Below, in pieces: positions 53,924 to 61,608 of a DNA stretch of 61,636 nucleotides (position 1 is the first letter of the stretch; every line of letters begins with the position of its first letter). Made by a program: the position numbers and the translations under genes. The DNA is from a virus (lineage: Duplodnaviria; Caudoviricetes). The notes under the pieces are model-generated. The model did not search any database. It was given only the letters and a program-made list of their open reading frames with translations, and was not told the DNA's origin. Location: IMG/VR virus record IMGVR_UViG_3300042519_000334, positions 1 through 61,636 of that record. One strand, given 5' to 3'.

Positions 53924-54133
53924 ATGAAAATTAAAGAAATCGCCATTTTATTTCTTCAATTCTTATTCGTAACCACCATAATCCTACTTCCATTTGTTAT
54001 TGTCTTTTCGTTGGCAGACGAAGACCCGCGTGAGAGAATAGAAATAGAAGATGGAACGAGAGTAATTACAATGGACGGAGACACAATCGAAGTTCACGCA
54101 TACAAATTTTTGTACGCATACAAGGTTAACTGA
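53924..54133 (+). CDS. Small membrane protein
   Basis: N-terminal TM helix; its stop TGA lies in the hammerhead core. Confidence 0.7.
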   Translation: MKIKEIAILFLQFLFVTTIILLPFVIVFSLADEDPRERIEIEDGTRVITMDGDTIEVHAYKFLYAYKVN

Positions 54134-54174
54134 TGAGCGCTTTAATAGCCGAAACGTCGTGAGACGTCTTAACC
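54124..54174 (+). ncRNA. Type I hammerhead ribozyme (HHR1)
   Basis: GGTTAA-CTGATGA-stem II-GAAA-CGTC GTGA GACG-TC-TTAACC; predicted GUC cleavage after 54168. Confidence 0.9.
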
Positions 54175-54198
54175 AAAAACAATTTAATTCTTTTCGTT

Positions 54199-55722
54199 AT
54201 GAGAGTTACCAATATCGTATCAGGCCGTCAGATTGAAATCCGCCGCTCTTACTACAACGAGCAGTTCAACTTCTACTTCGGTATCAACAACGACTTCTTT
54301 GTGTACACCTACGCCAACAACGAAGGTGAACTTAACCGCACTCGTTTCCCTCGCGCACTCAACGCCGCTGAGTGGGGCATCGACCTTCGTACGGGCACTC
54401 ACTCGTCAGCAACATTCGAACTGCGCGGTCAACAAATTCTGCGAGGTCGCTACTTCCGTAGCGAGCAGGTATCTGAGCAACGCATCTTAGGTATTCCGCA
54501 CGTTACGCTAACTAATGATGAGAAGGCCAACTTCGCTGTTCGTGTGGCAGAGTCAAGCGGACACAACTCAAACGTGTTTGTATCACTGCTCATCGGGGAA
54601 GTACTGCATACAACTGACCTTGTCGTTCGTAATTACTCAACTACTTCGGCGAAGTTCTACGATGCGAACGGAGTGTCTCACGTGCTAAATTTCCAAGACA
54701 ACGAGTACGGCCACGTTATGTCTGCAATTCGTGAAGGTCGCACTGAGTACTTAACAGGTCGCGACCTGTTAGGCAATACGTCAATCTTCGCCAACGCTGA
54801 GATTCAGGAGCGCTTCGGTGCAGCCCCTGAACTTAGCGGTTACCACGGCCCATCACGCAACACCGAAATCTTCAACGATTCATCAGTTGAGTGGTTCGTA
54901 GGTTTCGAGGTCGAGAAGGAGGACCTGAATGTTCGCAACCGCTGCGCTCGTGCTAACTGCAACTTGGGTGACGGATGGATTGCAGAACGCGACGGCTCAC
55001 TCGATTCATCGACAGGTGTCGAGGTCGTGTCACCTGTACTCAACCTGTTCGATACGAAGACATTGTTCGAGCAGTTCGAGAAGTACGATTGGGTTATGAA
55101 CGCAGAGTACTCACGCCGCTGTGGTGGCCACATCACCATCAGCCGTCGTGGAATTTCAGCCGATGACCTCGTCGACAAGTTGGCTCCGTTCGTGCCTATG
55201 CTTTTCTCGCTATACGAAGGCCGCCTGTCCAATCAGTACAGCGGAGTTCAGAGCAAGGACGAAATCAAGCGAGGTTCACGCCGCGCCATCAACAACTGCT
55301 CACGTGCATACAATAACCGCAAGGAGGCAGTTGAGATTCGCATCTTCAGCGCAGTATCTACGCTCGAGTCAATTAAGTTCCGCACGAAGTTGGTTCAGTG
55401 GATATGCGCTCACATCGACAAGGGCACGTTCACCACGTTCACTCAGGTGGCCGATGCTATGTTCAACGACAAGAAGTTGAACAAGTTACTTCGTCAGCAG
55501 TACAGCGCTGAGAAGTTAGCACGTAAGCAGGCACTCACCTACGTGTTCGGCGGATGTCTCGAAGGTCAGTCACCGAGCGAGTTTCTCACCGATGCTGACA
55601 ACTACGACCGCACCATCGAGCGTATGAAGCGAGCCTACGACAGCGTACAGGGCTACGTTCGCCGCGAGGTCGAGAGCAAGTTCGGTACTTACTCAGTCAA
55701 TAAGGCCGCAGGTAAGTTGTAA
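54199..55722 (+). CDS. Putative amidoligase (COOH-NH2 ligase, Amidoligase_2-like)
   Basis: GFEVE, ERDGSL, GVEVVSP, CGGHI and VEIRIF motifs. Confidence 0.8.
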   Translation: MRVTNIVSGRQIEIRRSYYNEQFNFYFGINNDFFVYTYANNEGELNRTRFPRALNAAEWGIDLRTGTHSSATFELRGQQILRGRYFRSEQVSEQRILGIPHVTLTNDEKANFAVRVAESSGHNSNVFVSLLIGEVLHTTDLVVRNYSTTSAKFYDANGVSHVLNFQDNEYGHVMSAIREGRTEYLTGRDLLGNTSIFANAEIQERFGAAPELSGYHGPSRNTEIFNDSSVEWFVGFEVEKEDLNVRNRCARANCNLGDGWIAERDGSLDSSTGVEVVSPVLNLFDTKTLFEQFEKYDWVMNAEYSRRCGGHITISRRGISADDLVDKLAPFVPMLFSLYEGRLSNQYSGVQSKDEIKRGSRRAINNCSRAYNNRKEAVEIRIFSAVSTLESIKFRTKLVQWICAHIDKGTFTTFTQVADAMFNDKKLNKLLRQQYSAEKLARKQALTYVFGGCLEGQSPSEFLTDADNYDRTIERMKRAYDSVQGYVRREVESKFGTYSVNKAAGKL

Positions 55723-55754
55723 GATGTCCCCTCCGTGTAAGGGTGGTTAAGGTG

Positions 55755-55786
55755 AGCAGGCGTTGCACGGAGCGCCCTGCTTTTTT
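55755..55786 (+). terminator. Intrinsic terminator whose loop is complementary to upstream sequence
   Basis: AGCAGGCG...CGCCCTGCT followed by TTTTT; loop TTGCACGGAG pairs with CTCCGTGTAA (55731-40). Confidence 0.6.
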
Positions 55787-55805
55787 CACTATCACGAATC
55801 AAATT

Positions 55806-56006
55806 ATGAAACACGAACTAAACGAAATGATGCGAGCCTACGAAAACTACCTGAGTAAGGTATCGAGGTTCATCGAAGCAACCGACGAAACCGAACGCTA
55901 CAAGTTGATTGCGTTCGATATAATCGAGCGGCAAAGTATCGACCTCGAAGAAAACTTGGAGGCCGCATACGAAACGCTAACGCAATATCTAGAAGAACGA
56001 GGTTAA
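55806..56006 (+). CDS. Small acidic helical protein
   Basis: ATG after an A-rich leader; its stop TAA lies in HHR2 stem I. Confidence 0.7.
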   Translation: MKHELNEMMRAYENYLSKVSRFIEATDETERYKLIAFDIIERQSIDLEENLEAAYETLTQYLEERG

Positions 56007-56051
56007 CTGACGATGGCTTGAGTAGCCGAAACGCTGTGAAGCGTCTTAACC
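56001..56051 (+). ncRNA. Type I hammerhead ribozyme (HHR2)
   Basis: GGTTAA-CTGACGA-T-GGCT TGAGT AGCC-GAAA-CGCT GTGA AGCG-TC-TTAACC; predicted GUC cleavage after 56045. Confidence 0.92.
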
Positions 56052-56065
56052 ATAAACTAATTAAG

Positions 56066-56467
56066 ATGAACGCTTACAAATTCACCCTTACAATCACAAA
56101 TTCTAACACCTTCATTATTAACGCAGAAAACTATAAGGAGGCGATGAAACTTGCTTACGACAATGGTTTTGCAGATAGAAATGCAGTTAAAGACCTTTGC
56201 GTTCCAACCGAAGTTTACTCAGAACTAACTTGTACTGAAAGCGAAACACCTGAGGGACTAATTCGTGTTTGGACATATTTTAACGCATCGGAAGAAACAG
56301 AGATAGAAGAATTCACGAGTGAGTGGTCTACGTTATTAGGTACGGAAGTCACTTACGACCTCGACCTATCCAACACCGATGAAGATTCTTGGTACTGCGA
56401 AACATTCGTAACGCAAGCGCAAATCGATGAGTTCAATATGAGCGAAGATTGGTTCACCATTCAATAA
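56066..56467 (+). CDS. Acidic hypothetical early protein
   Basis: ATG 20 nt after the HHR2 cleavage site. Confidence 0.7.
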   Translation: MNAYKFTLTITNSNTFIINAENYKEAMKLAYDNGFADRNAVKDLCVPTEVYSELTCTESETPEGLIRVWTYFNASEETEIEEFTSEWSTLLGTEVTYDLDLSNTDEDSWYCETFVTQAQIDEFNMSEDWFTIQ

Positions 56468-56486
56468 TCAGTAAAAAAAAATTAAG

Positions 56487-56609
56487 ATGTACGAACTATC
56501 TATTTCAATCGCACCTACCTACGGCATACTAATCGGAGCCGCAGGTTCAATCGCCGTCGTTATCGTGTCGGCAGTTTTGTCAACCATTCAATTCAAGCAA
56601 AATGTTTAA
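56487..56609 (+). CDS. Small membrane peptide, 40 aa; not in ORF track
   Basis: A-rich leader and a single hydrophobic helix. Confidence 0.5.
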   Translation: MYELSISIAPTYGILIGAAGSIAVVIVSAVLSTIQFKQNV

Positions 56610-56763
56610 AGATATTTTTCTACCACCACCTACTACTTTATTCAAGGTATTCGCACACTACGGAGGCGAGTATCCGTCACGAGTTATGCTGTTCAAGAGT
56701 TATGAGTCAGCAGTTCAGTTCGCACAAGGTGCAGAACAATACGAAATCATTCAAGTAAAATAA
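56602..56763 (+). CDS. Small protein, 53 aa; not in ORF track
   Basis: Fills the gap and overlaps the upstream stop. Confidence 0.55.
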   Translation: MFKDIFLPPPTTLFKVFAHYGGEYPSRVMLFKSYESAVQFAQGAEQYEIIQVK

Positions 56764-56765
56764 TT

Positions 56766-56966
56766 ATGAGCCAAATCGACTTAATCATTCAGTACGAAAG
56801 CGGAGAACTTGACGACCAACAGGTCGTGTTCTTATTTGCCGACCTCGTCCGCACAGGACAGGCTTGGATTCTACAGGGCCACTACGGCCGCACTGCTCAA
56901 CGACTAATTGAGGCAGGATGGATTGACAAAAAAGGTAATGTATCACTTGAAGTATTTGAACTATGA
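56766..56966 (+). CDS. Conserved small phage protein
   Basis: YESGEL...LF..LV.TG.AW.LQGHYGRTA..LIEAG motif. Confidence 0.8.
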   Translation: MSQIDLIIQYESGELDDQQVVFLFADLVRTGQAWILQGHYGRTAQRLIEAGWIDKKGNVSLEVFEL

Positions 56967-57151
56967 ACTTAGAAAACGATAAATCATTCTTTCGTGCAGG
57001 TATGTACCTGTCGACAATTATGCTCGTGATTGGCACAACGGCACGTATCACGCAAGGCCACCCAAGCGAGTCCACAGGAACGCTTATAGTGGGTGGCATC
57101 TTAATCTTCCTAATCTCAGCCTTCGGCTACATCGTTAACTACAACAAATAA
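56963..57151 (+). CDS. Small two-TM membrane protein
   Basis: Two hydrophobic helices; ATGA coupling. Confidence 0.65.
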   Translation: MNLENDKSFFRAGMYLSTIMLVIGTTARITQGHPSESTGTLIVGGILIFLISAFGYIVNYNK

Positions 57152-57163
57152 TCTATTTCAATT

Positions 57164-57967
57164 ATGTGTATTGCAATTGTAAACCAACCAAACTACTTCA
57201 TACCTAAGCAACAACTAAAGAATGCTTGGGACAACAACAACCACGGAGCAGGTATCGCCTACGTCGACAACGGCAGGGTTATGACCTACCACGAGCCGTA
57301 TAGTTTCGAGGACTTCTTCGAGGAGTACGAGTTCATTCGTGAATTGACTGACACGCCCATACTGATTCACTTCCGCATCGCCACGCACGGCAAAGGCATC
57401 GATATGCTCCACCCGCACAGCGTAACCGAAGGTCGTGTATCTCTGATTCACAACGGAGTTATCAGCGGTCTCGGCAACACTATCGTGAGCGACACTCGTG
57501 AGTTCGCAGAAATGCTCAGTAAGTTCTACCCTGACAACGTCGACTTCATCGACCACGTAGGCATCGAGGCTATGGCCCTCGCACTACTCGGTAAATCCAA
57601 CAAGGTCGCGTTACTCGATTGGCGCGGTGAGGTTCGTATCCTCAACGCACACTTGGGTCACTACGACGATTACGGCAATTGGTTCAGTAACACATCGTAC
57701 AAGCAGTTGAATACCTACGTATGGGAGGGGAGCAAGAAGGTCTACAAAAGCCTTACGAAAAGCGCTGTCAAAAACGCTTACCCTGCTCAGCCGACTATTT
57801 GGGATTCAGAACGTAAGGTCGCTGTGCCGGCAATACCTAAGGCTCCCGCGTCAGATTGGCTCGACGAGGATTGGGATGACGAACCATCGTACAAATGGAA
57901 CGCATCACGTGACGAGTTACGTAGCGAGACATTCAGTGCATTCCTTGACGACGACGGACAAATCTAA
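57164..57967 (+). CDS. Class II (Ntn) glutamine amidotransferase
   Basis: N-terminal MC nucleophile; N.HGAG, HFRIATHG, HP, HNGVI and SDT motifs. Confidence 0.9.
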   Translation: MCIAIVNQPNYFIPKQQLKNAWDNNNHGAGIAYVDNGRVMTYHEPYSFEDFFEEYEFIRELTDTPILIHFRIATHGKGIDMLHPHSVTEGRVSLIHNGVISGLGNTIVSDTREFAEMLSKFYPDNVDFIDHVGIEAMALALLGKSNKVALLDWRGEVRILNAHLGHYDDYGNWFSNTSYKQLNTYVWEGSKKVYKSLTKSAVKNAYPAQPTIWDSERKVAVPAIPKAPASDWLDEDWDDEPSYKWNASRDELRSETFSAFLDDDGQI

Positions 57968-58515
57968 TGTTGTACAAGTATGACAAGGTGAACCTCGTGT
58001 TTCGCCCTATCGTAACCACAAGAGGAGTCGCTTCGGGATTGGCCTTAGCGACTGCCCTCTTTGGTTTCGGCCTTTATGGAGTTGACAACGTAGACGAACG
58101 TATCTACGAGAGCATACTTAACGTGAACGTGACGGATGCCGCATTCACGGAAGACCGACTGATTGAGAAATTCAAGCAGTTAAACATCAAGTACCCGCAC
58201 ATCGCATTGGCTCAGGCTAAGTTAGAGAGCGGTAACTTCAGGTCGGACATCTTCAGCGAGAACAACAACCTGTTCGGTATGAAACAGGCACGTGTTCGTG
58301 TGAACTTGGCCGCAGGTACGAAACGTGGGCACGCATACTATGCGACGTGGGAGGACAGCGTCCTCGACTACGCGTATTGGTGCGCTACATATGCAAGCAG
58401 TTGCAGAAGCGAAGACGAGTTCTACGCCCTGCTATCACGTTACGCAGAGGATTCACTCTACGAAACGAAACTTCGCGAGGTCATCGAGCGCGACAGCCTG
58501 CGCGAACTTTTTTAG
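57967..58515 (+). CDS. Membrane-anchored GH73-like glucosaminidase
   Basis: AQAKLESG, NNLFGMK, Y..WEDSV.DY and YA.D..Y motifs; N-terminal hydrophobic segment. Confidence 0.85.
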   Translation: MLYKYDKVNLVFRPIVTTRGVASGLALATALFGFGLYGVDNVDERIYESILNVNVTDAAFTEDRLIEKFKQLNIKYPHIALAQAKLESGNFRSDIFSENNNLFGMKQARVRVNLAAGTKRGHAYYATWEDSVLDYAYWCATYASSCRSEDEFYALLSRYAEDSLYETKLREVIERDSLRELF

Positions 58516-58569
58516 CGTTCACTATCATCGAGAGCATTCGAAACGCAAAACTTCTAAACTTCACTAATT

Positions 58570-58749
58570 ATGGAAAGTAAATTCATCAAAACATCAGTTG
58601 TGTACGTATCCAAACTTGGATTCAAGACACCCGCCCTACTCGTTGACATCAAGACCGACAATCGTTGCCTCGGCAACCATCGTGTCAGGATTATCGACGC
58701 ATACGGCAAAAGCAAATTCACTCCAATTCGTAACATCCAATTCGTATGA
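58570..58749 (+). CDS. Small protein, 59 aa; not in ORF track
   Basis: AT-rich leader; ATGA coupling to 58746. Confidence 0.55.
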   Translation: MESKFIKTSVVYVSKLGFKTPALLVDIKTDNRCLGNHRVRIIDAYGKSKFTPIRNIQFV

Positions 58750-58928
58750 CCTACAACCAAGATATGATTATCTACCTACAGCAACGCATCCAAGCGCTGT
58801 CTAACGAGGTAGAAGAACGAGGCAAGCAGTTGAATAAACTGCAAGAGAGATGCGACTATCTCGAGGCTGAACGTCAACACTTACTTGACCAACTGCTCGA
58901 TAAGCCGTACGTGACTACGTTACGTTGA
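58746..58928 (+). CDS. Small coiled-coil protein
   Basis: Heptad pattern. Confidence 0.65.
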   Translation: MTYNQDMIIYLQQRIQALSNEVEERGKQLNKLQERCDYLEAERQHLLDQLLDKPYVTTLR

Positions 58929-58953
58929 GTTATCAACACTTGTTTACAAAGCA

Positions 58954-58984
58954 TTGATTGTCTCACTAACGAGCGCTAACTTCG
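58954..58984 (+). promoter_or_regulatory. Variant promoter
   Basis: TTG at 58954 and TAACTTCG at 58977-84; same spacing as the 52074/52097 pair. Confidence 0.5.
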
Positions 58985-59144
58985 CCCTATCGGCTTTGCC
59001 GTAACAGACAACACGATAAGCGGCTATGGGGGCTTTGAAGGGCCCCCTCGCCGCCGACTCGGTAAGACGAACGACTACTCGGTAGTATACGAGCGCAATA
59101 CAGGCGCAATGTGTCAAATAAACAAATAGTGTAATTAACTGAAA

Positions 59145-59288
59145 ATGAGCACAAAAGAGTTACGAGAGCAGTTTATGCGTATTGCAACTGCTCGTCTAAA
59201 GAGCGACTATCCGTTCCTGCCTCAACGCATAGCGGTGGCCGCATCAATGTATCGCAGATGGTATGAACGTAAAAACAACACGCAATGA
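59145..59288 (+). CDS. Small protein, 47 aa; not in ORF track
   Basis: ATGA coupling to 59285. Confidence 0.6.
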   Translation: MSTKELREQFMRIATARLKSDYPFLPQRIAVAASMYRRWYERKNNTQ

Positions 59289-59524
59289 CAACAGAAGTAG
59301 GATACCAAGAGTATAGCGTAAAACAGGATTGCCTTCATTTCAACCAACTGCATAATGGAAAACTTAACCACATCAAAAGAAAAGATTGGGCAGTTATTGG
59401 ACTATGCACAATTGATGCATCAATGCATATCGCAATGTATTGTGATGATGTAAAGAGCAGAAAAGGATATTTTGATATTAGAGATGTCAAGATTGCATAC
59501 GAACTATATAAAGACATCAAATAA
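59285..59524 (+). CDS. Hypothetical protein
   Basis: ORF. Confidence 0.6.
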   Translation: MTTEVGYQEYSVKQDCLHFNQLHNGKLNHIKRKDWAVIGLCTIDASMHIAMYCDDVKSRKGYFDIRDVKIAYELYKDIK

Positions 59525-59537
59525 TTCTAATTGAGCA

Positions 59538-59684
59538 ATGAAAATAGAACTAACAATGACCGAGCTGTTGCTAATCGTTGATATGATTAAGAACGGCACT
59601 GAGCAAGACAACGAGGGAGATGACTTCTACCTGATGCAGGACTTCCTTGATGGAAAGGATGACCCTAAATCAAAAAAGAAATGA
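59538..59684 (+). CDS. Small protein, 48 aa; not in ORF track
   Basis: ATGA coupling to 59681. Confidence 0.55.
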   Translation: MKIELTMTELLLIVDMIKNGTEQDNEGDDFYLMQDFLDGKDDPKSKKK

Positions 59685-59932
59685 AGACACCGATTCAAGA
59701 GTTGATGGATGAGTTTGCAAAGAAAGCGGACTCACTACCAGACACGTTAGATGCGAACGTAGCATACTTAGCATTCCAAGAATGCTACGATATTGCAAAG
59801 TCAATGCTCAATAAAGAAATGACTGTAATTATAGAAGCATTCCACGAGGGTATGCGCTGTCAGGGCTGGGACCCGAACAGAGGCATCGCTGAGGAATACT
59901 ACAACGAAACCTTTAACACCAAAGAGAAATGA
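59681..59932 (+). CDS. Hypothetical protein (MKTP...II.AF...AEEYYNETF family)
   Basis: Motif pattern recalled from small Bacteroidota-phage proteins. Confidence 0.7.
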   Translation: MKTPIQELMDEFAKKADSLPDTLDANVAYLAFQECYDIAKSMLNKEMTVIIEAFHEGMRCQGWDPNRGIAEEYYNETFNTKEK

Positions 59933-60117
59933 AACAAGGAACATTAGTTTGGGTACTTGCTGAAGTAAGCGAATACCAAGAGACCAACACTATGGAGGAT
60001 ACTATCATTGTAGAGCCTCAAGGAACGAAGGCATTGCCTTACTACGCTCCTGCTGAGGTGGTCATAAGGCTCACGGATGATGAGATTTGCGACCTAGAGA
60101 TGAAAGAAATTATTTAA
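59929..60117 (+). CDS. Hypothetical protein
   Basis: ATGA-coupled ORF. Confidence 0.6.
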   Translation: MKQGTLVWVLAEVSEYQETNTMEDTIIVEPQGTKALPYYAPAEVVIRLTDDEICDLEMKEII

Positions 60118-60226
60118 CACCAACAAGGAATTAGAACTCCGCCCGCTTATGGCGCATTAGGTTTCAGCAAGCGGCAAGCTACCGCACTGATTAACGGAGT
60201 CTTTTTTCTTTAACGCCAAATGAAAT

Positions 60227-60356
60227 GAGGGAGTGGTGAGTGAAGCTGTAGTTAGCACACCACTGATAAAGGTGACTATACTGAAAAAGGGTTTAGACTA
60301 AGTATAGGTGAAATCAGGCTAACCAGAAACCTTGAGAGACCCGAAGCCACTCCTTC
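60227..60356 (+). ncRNA. Candidate multi-stem structured RNA
   Basis: 11-bp closing stem plus GTTAGC/GCTAAC, CACC/GGTG and CTATACT/AGTATAG. Confidence 0.5.
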
Positions 60357-60388
60357 TATTTCATATCCAATAAATCATTTACAACCCT

Positions 60389-60859
60389 ATGAACAACTTT
60401 AGTTTCCTTAAGATATACAACTCACCGTTCAAGCGGCCACGTATAAACATATACTTCGGTAAGATTGTCGTAGGTACTCCGTACTTCCCCCCTCGCCGCA
60501 AGGTCAAGTCTAAGACGAAAGATGGATGGATTGAGTTCAAACCAAAGTACTTCGGATTTGACTTCGTTGACCTTGGTTGGAAGACCAAATGGAGCGACAC
60601 CGACTATCGCCACGAGTGGAATCCAAGATGGTCGTTCGTGTTCTGGAAGTGGCAGCTTGCCGTCATCTTCTCTTCTCCAGCATTAGACTCTCTCTCTGCC
60701 TATTGGGAGGCTTGGCTGTACTACAGATACGACACGGTTGGAACGATGGAACAGCGAGTGGCTCAGTGCAAAGAAAAAAACCCGATGAGTTCAACTAGTT
60801 ATCCAAGCCTCAAACACACGAATCACTACGATGAAATACTTAAAAATAAGTACCTATGA
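60389..60859 (+). CDS. Hypothetical aromatic-rich protein
   Basis: LGWKTKW...R.EW.P..SFVF.KWQ and YWEAWL.Y motifs. Confidence 0.75.
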   Translation: MNNFSFLKIYNSPFKRPRINIYFGKIVVGTPYFPPRRKVKSKTKDGWIEFKPKYFGFDFVDLGWKTKWSDTDYRHEWNPRWSFVFWKWQLAVIFSSPALDSLSAYWEAWLYYRYDTVGTMEQRVAQCKEKNPMSSTSYPSLKHTNHYDEILKNKYL

Positions 60860-61608
60860 AAACACTAATCTTAGGGGACACCCACGGACGCACCAACTGG
60901 AAGCAAGCGATTGACGCACACCAAGACGCAGGGCGTATCATCTTTATGGGTGACTACTTTGATTCGTTTGACATCAGCGGTGTTGAGCAGTTGCACAACT
61001 TCAATGAAATCATTCGCTTCAAGGAGTCCACCGACAAGGAGGTTGTGATGCTCATAGGCAACCACGACCACCACTACCTTGATGTAGGCGAGACCTACAG
61101 CGGGTACAAGGCCGCACACAAGTGGGACTTTCAGGATGCACTGACCAAGAATATGCATCACATTCAGATTGCATACTCGCTTGATGAACTGCTGTTCTCT
61201 CACGCAGGTGTAAGCCCTATGTGGATGGACAACACGTTTGGGTTGGAGTGGAACGTAGACAACTTGGTTGAACTGCTCAACGATAAGTACAAGCATCAGC
61301 CAAATGCATTCAACTTCAGCCAAGACAGCTTTGACCCATACGGAGACTCACCGAAGCAGGGACCGCTTTGGATACGGCCCCGCTCGCTGATGGGATGCAA
61401 CAGAGGTGAGAACGGCCTGAAGAAGATGTTCATTCAGATTGTTGGACACACCCAAGTGAAGAATATCTTCGACAGCATCGTAGCCTGCAACAAGTCTATG
61501 GGTGGACGATACTACCTTGTTGACGCTATGGAATCAGGTGGGTACATCACCTACGAGGACGGAGAGATAACGGCACACGAAATCCATATCTCGCCAAATG
61601 TGCAGTAA
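60856..61608 (+). CDS. Calcineurin-like metallophosphoesterase
   Basis: GDTHG, GDYFD, GNHD, SHAG and VGHT motifs. Confidence 0.92.
   Translation: MKTLILGDTHGRTNWKQAIDAHQDAGRIIFMGDYFDSFDISGVEQLHNFNEIIRFKESTDKEVVMLIGNHDHHYLDVGETYSGYKAAHKWDFQDALTKNMHHIQIAYSLDELLFSHAGVSPMWMDNTFGLEWNVDNLVELLNDKYKHQPNAFNFSQDSFDPYGDSPKQGPLWIRPRSLMGCNRGENGLKKMFIQIVGHTQVKNIFDSIVACNKSMGGRYYLVDAMESGGYITYEDGEITAHEIHISPNVQ

Noticed and set aside
60856-61608. Metallophosphoesterase as an end-healing partner for hammerhead products
   Set aside because: The family is common in phages and nothing in the sequence links it to the ribozymes
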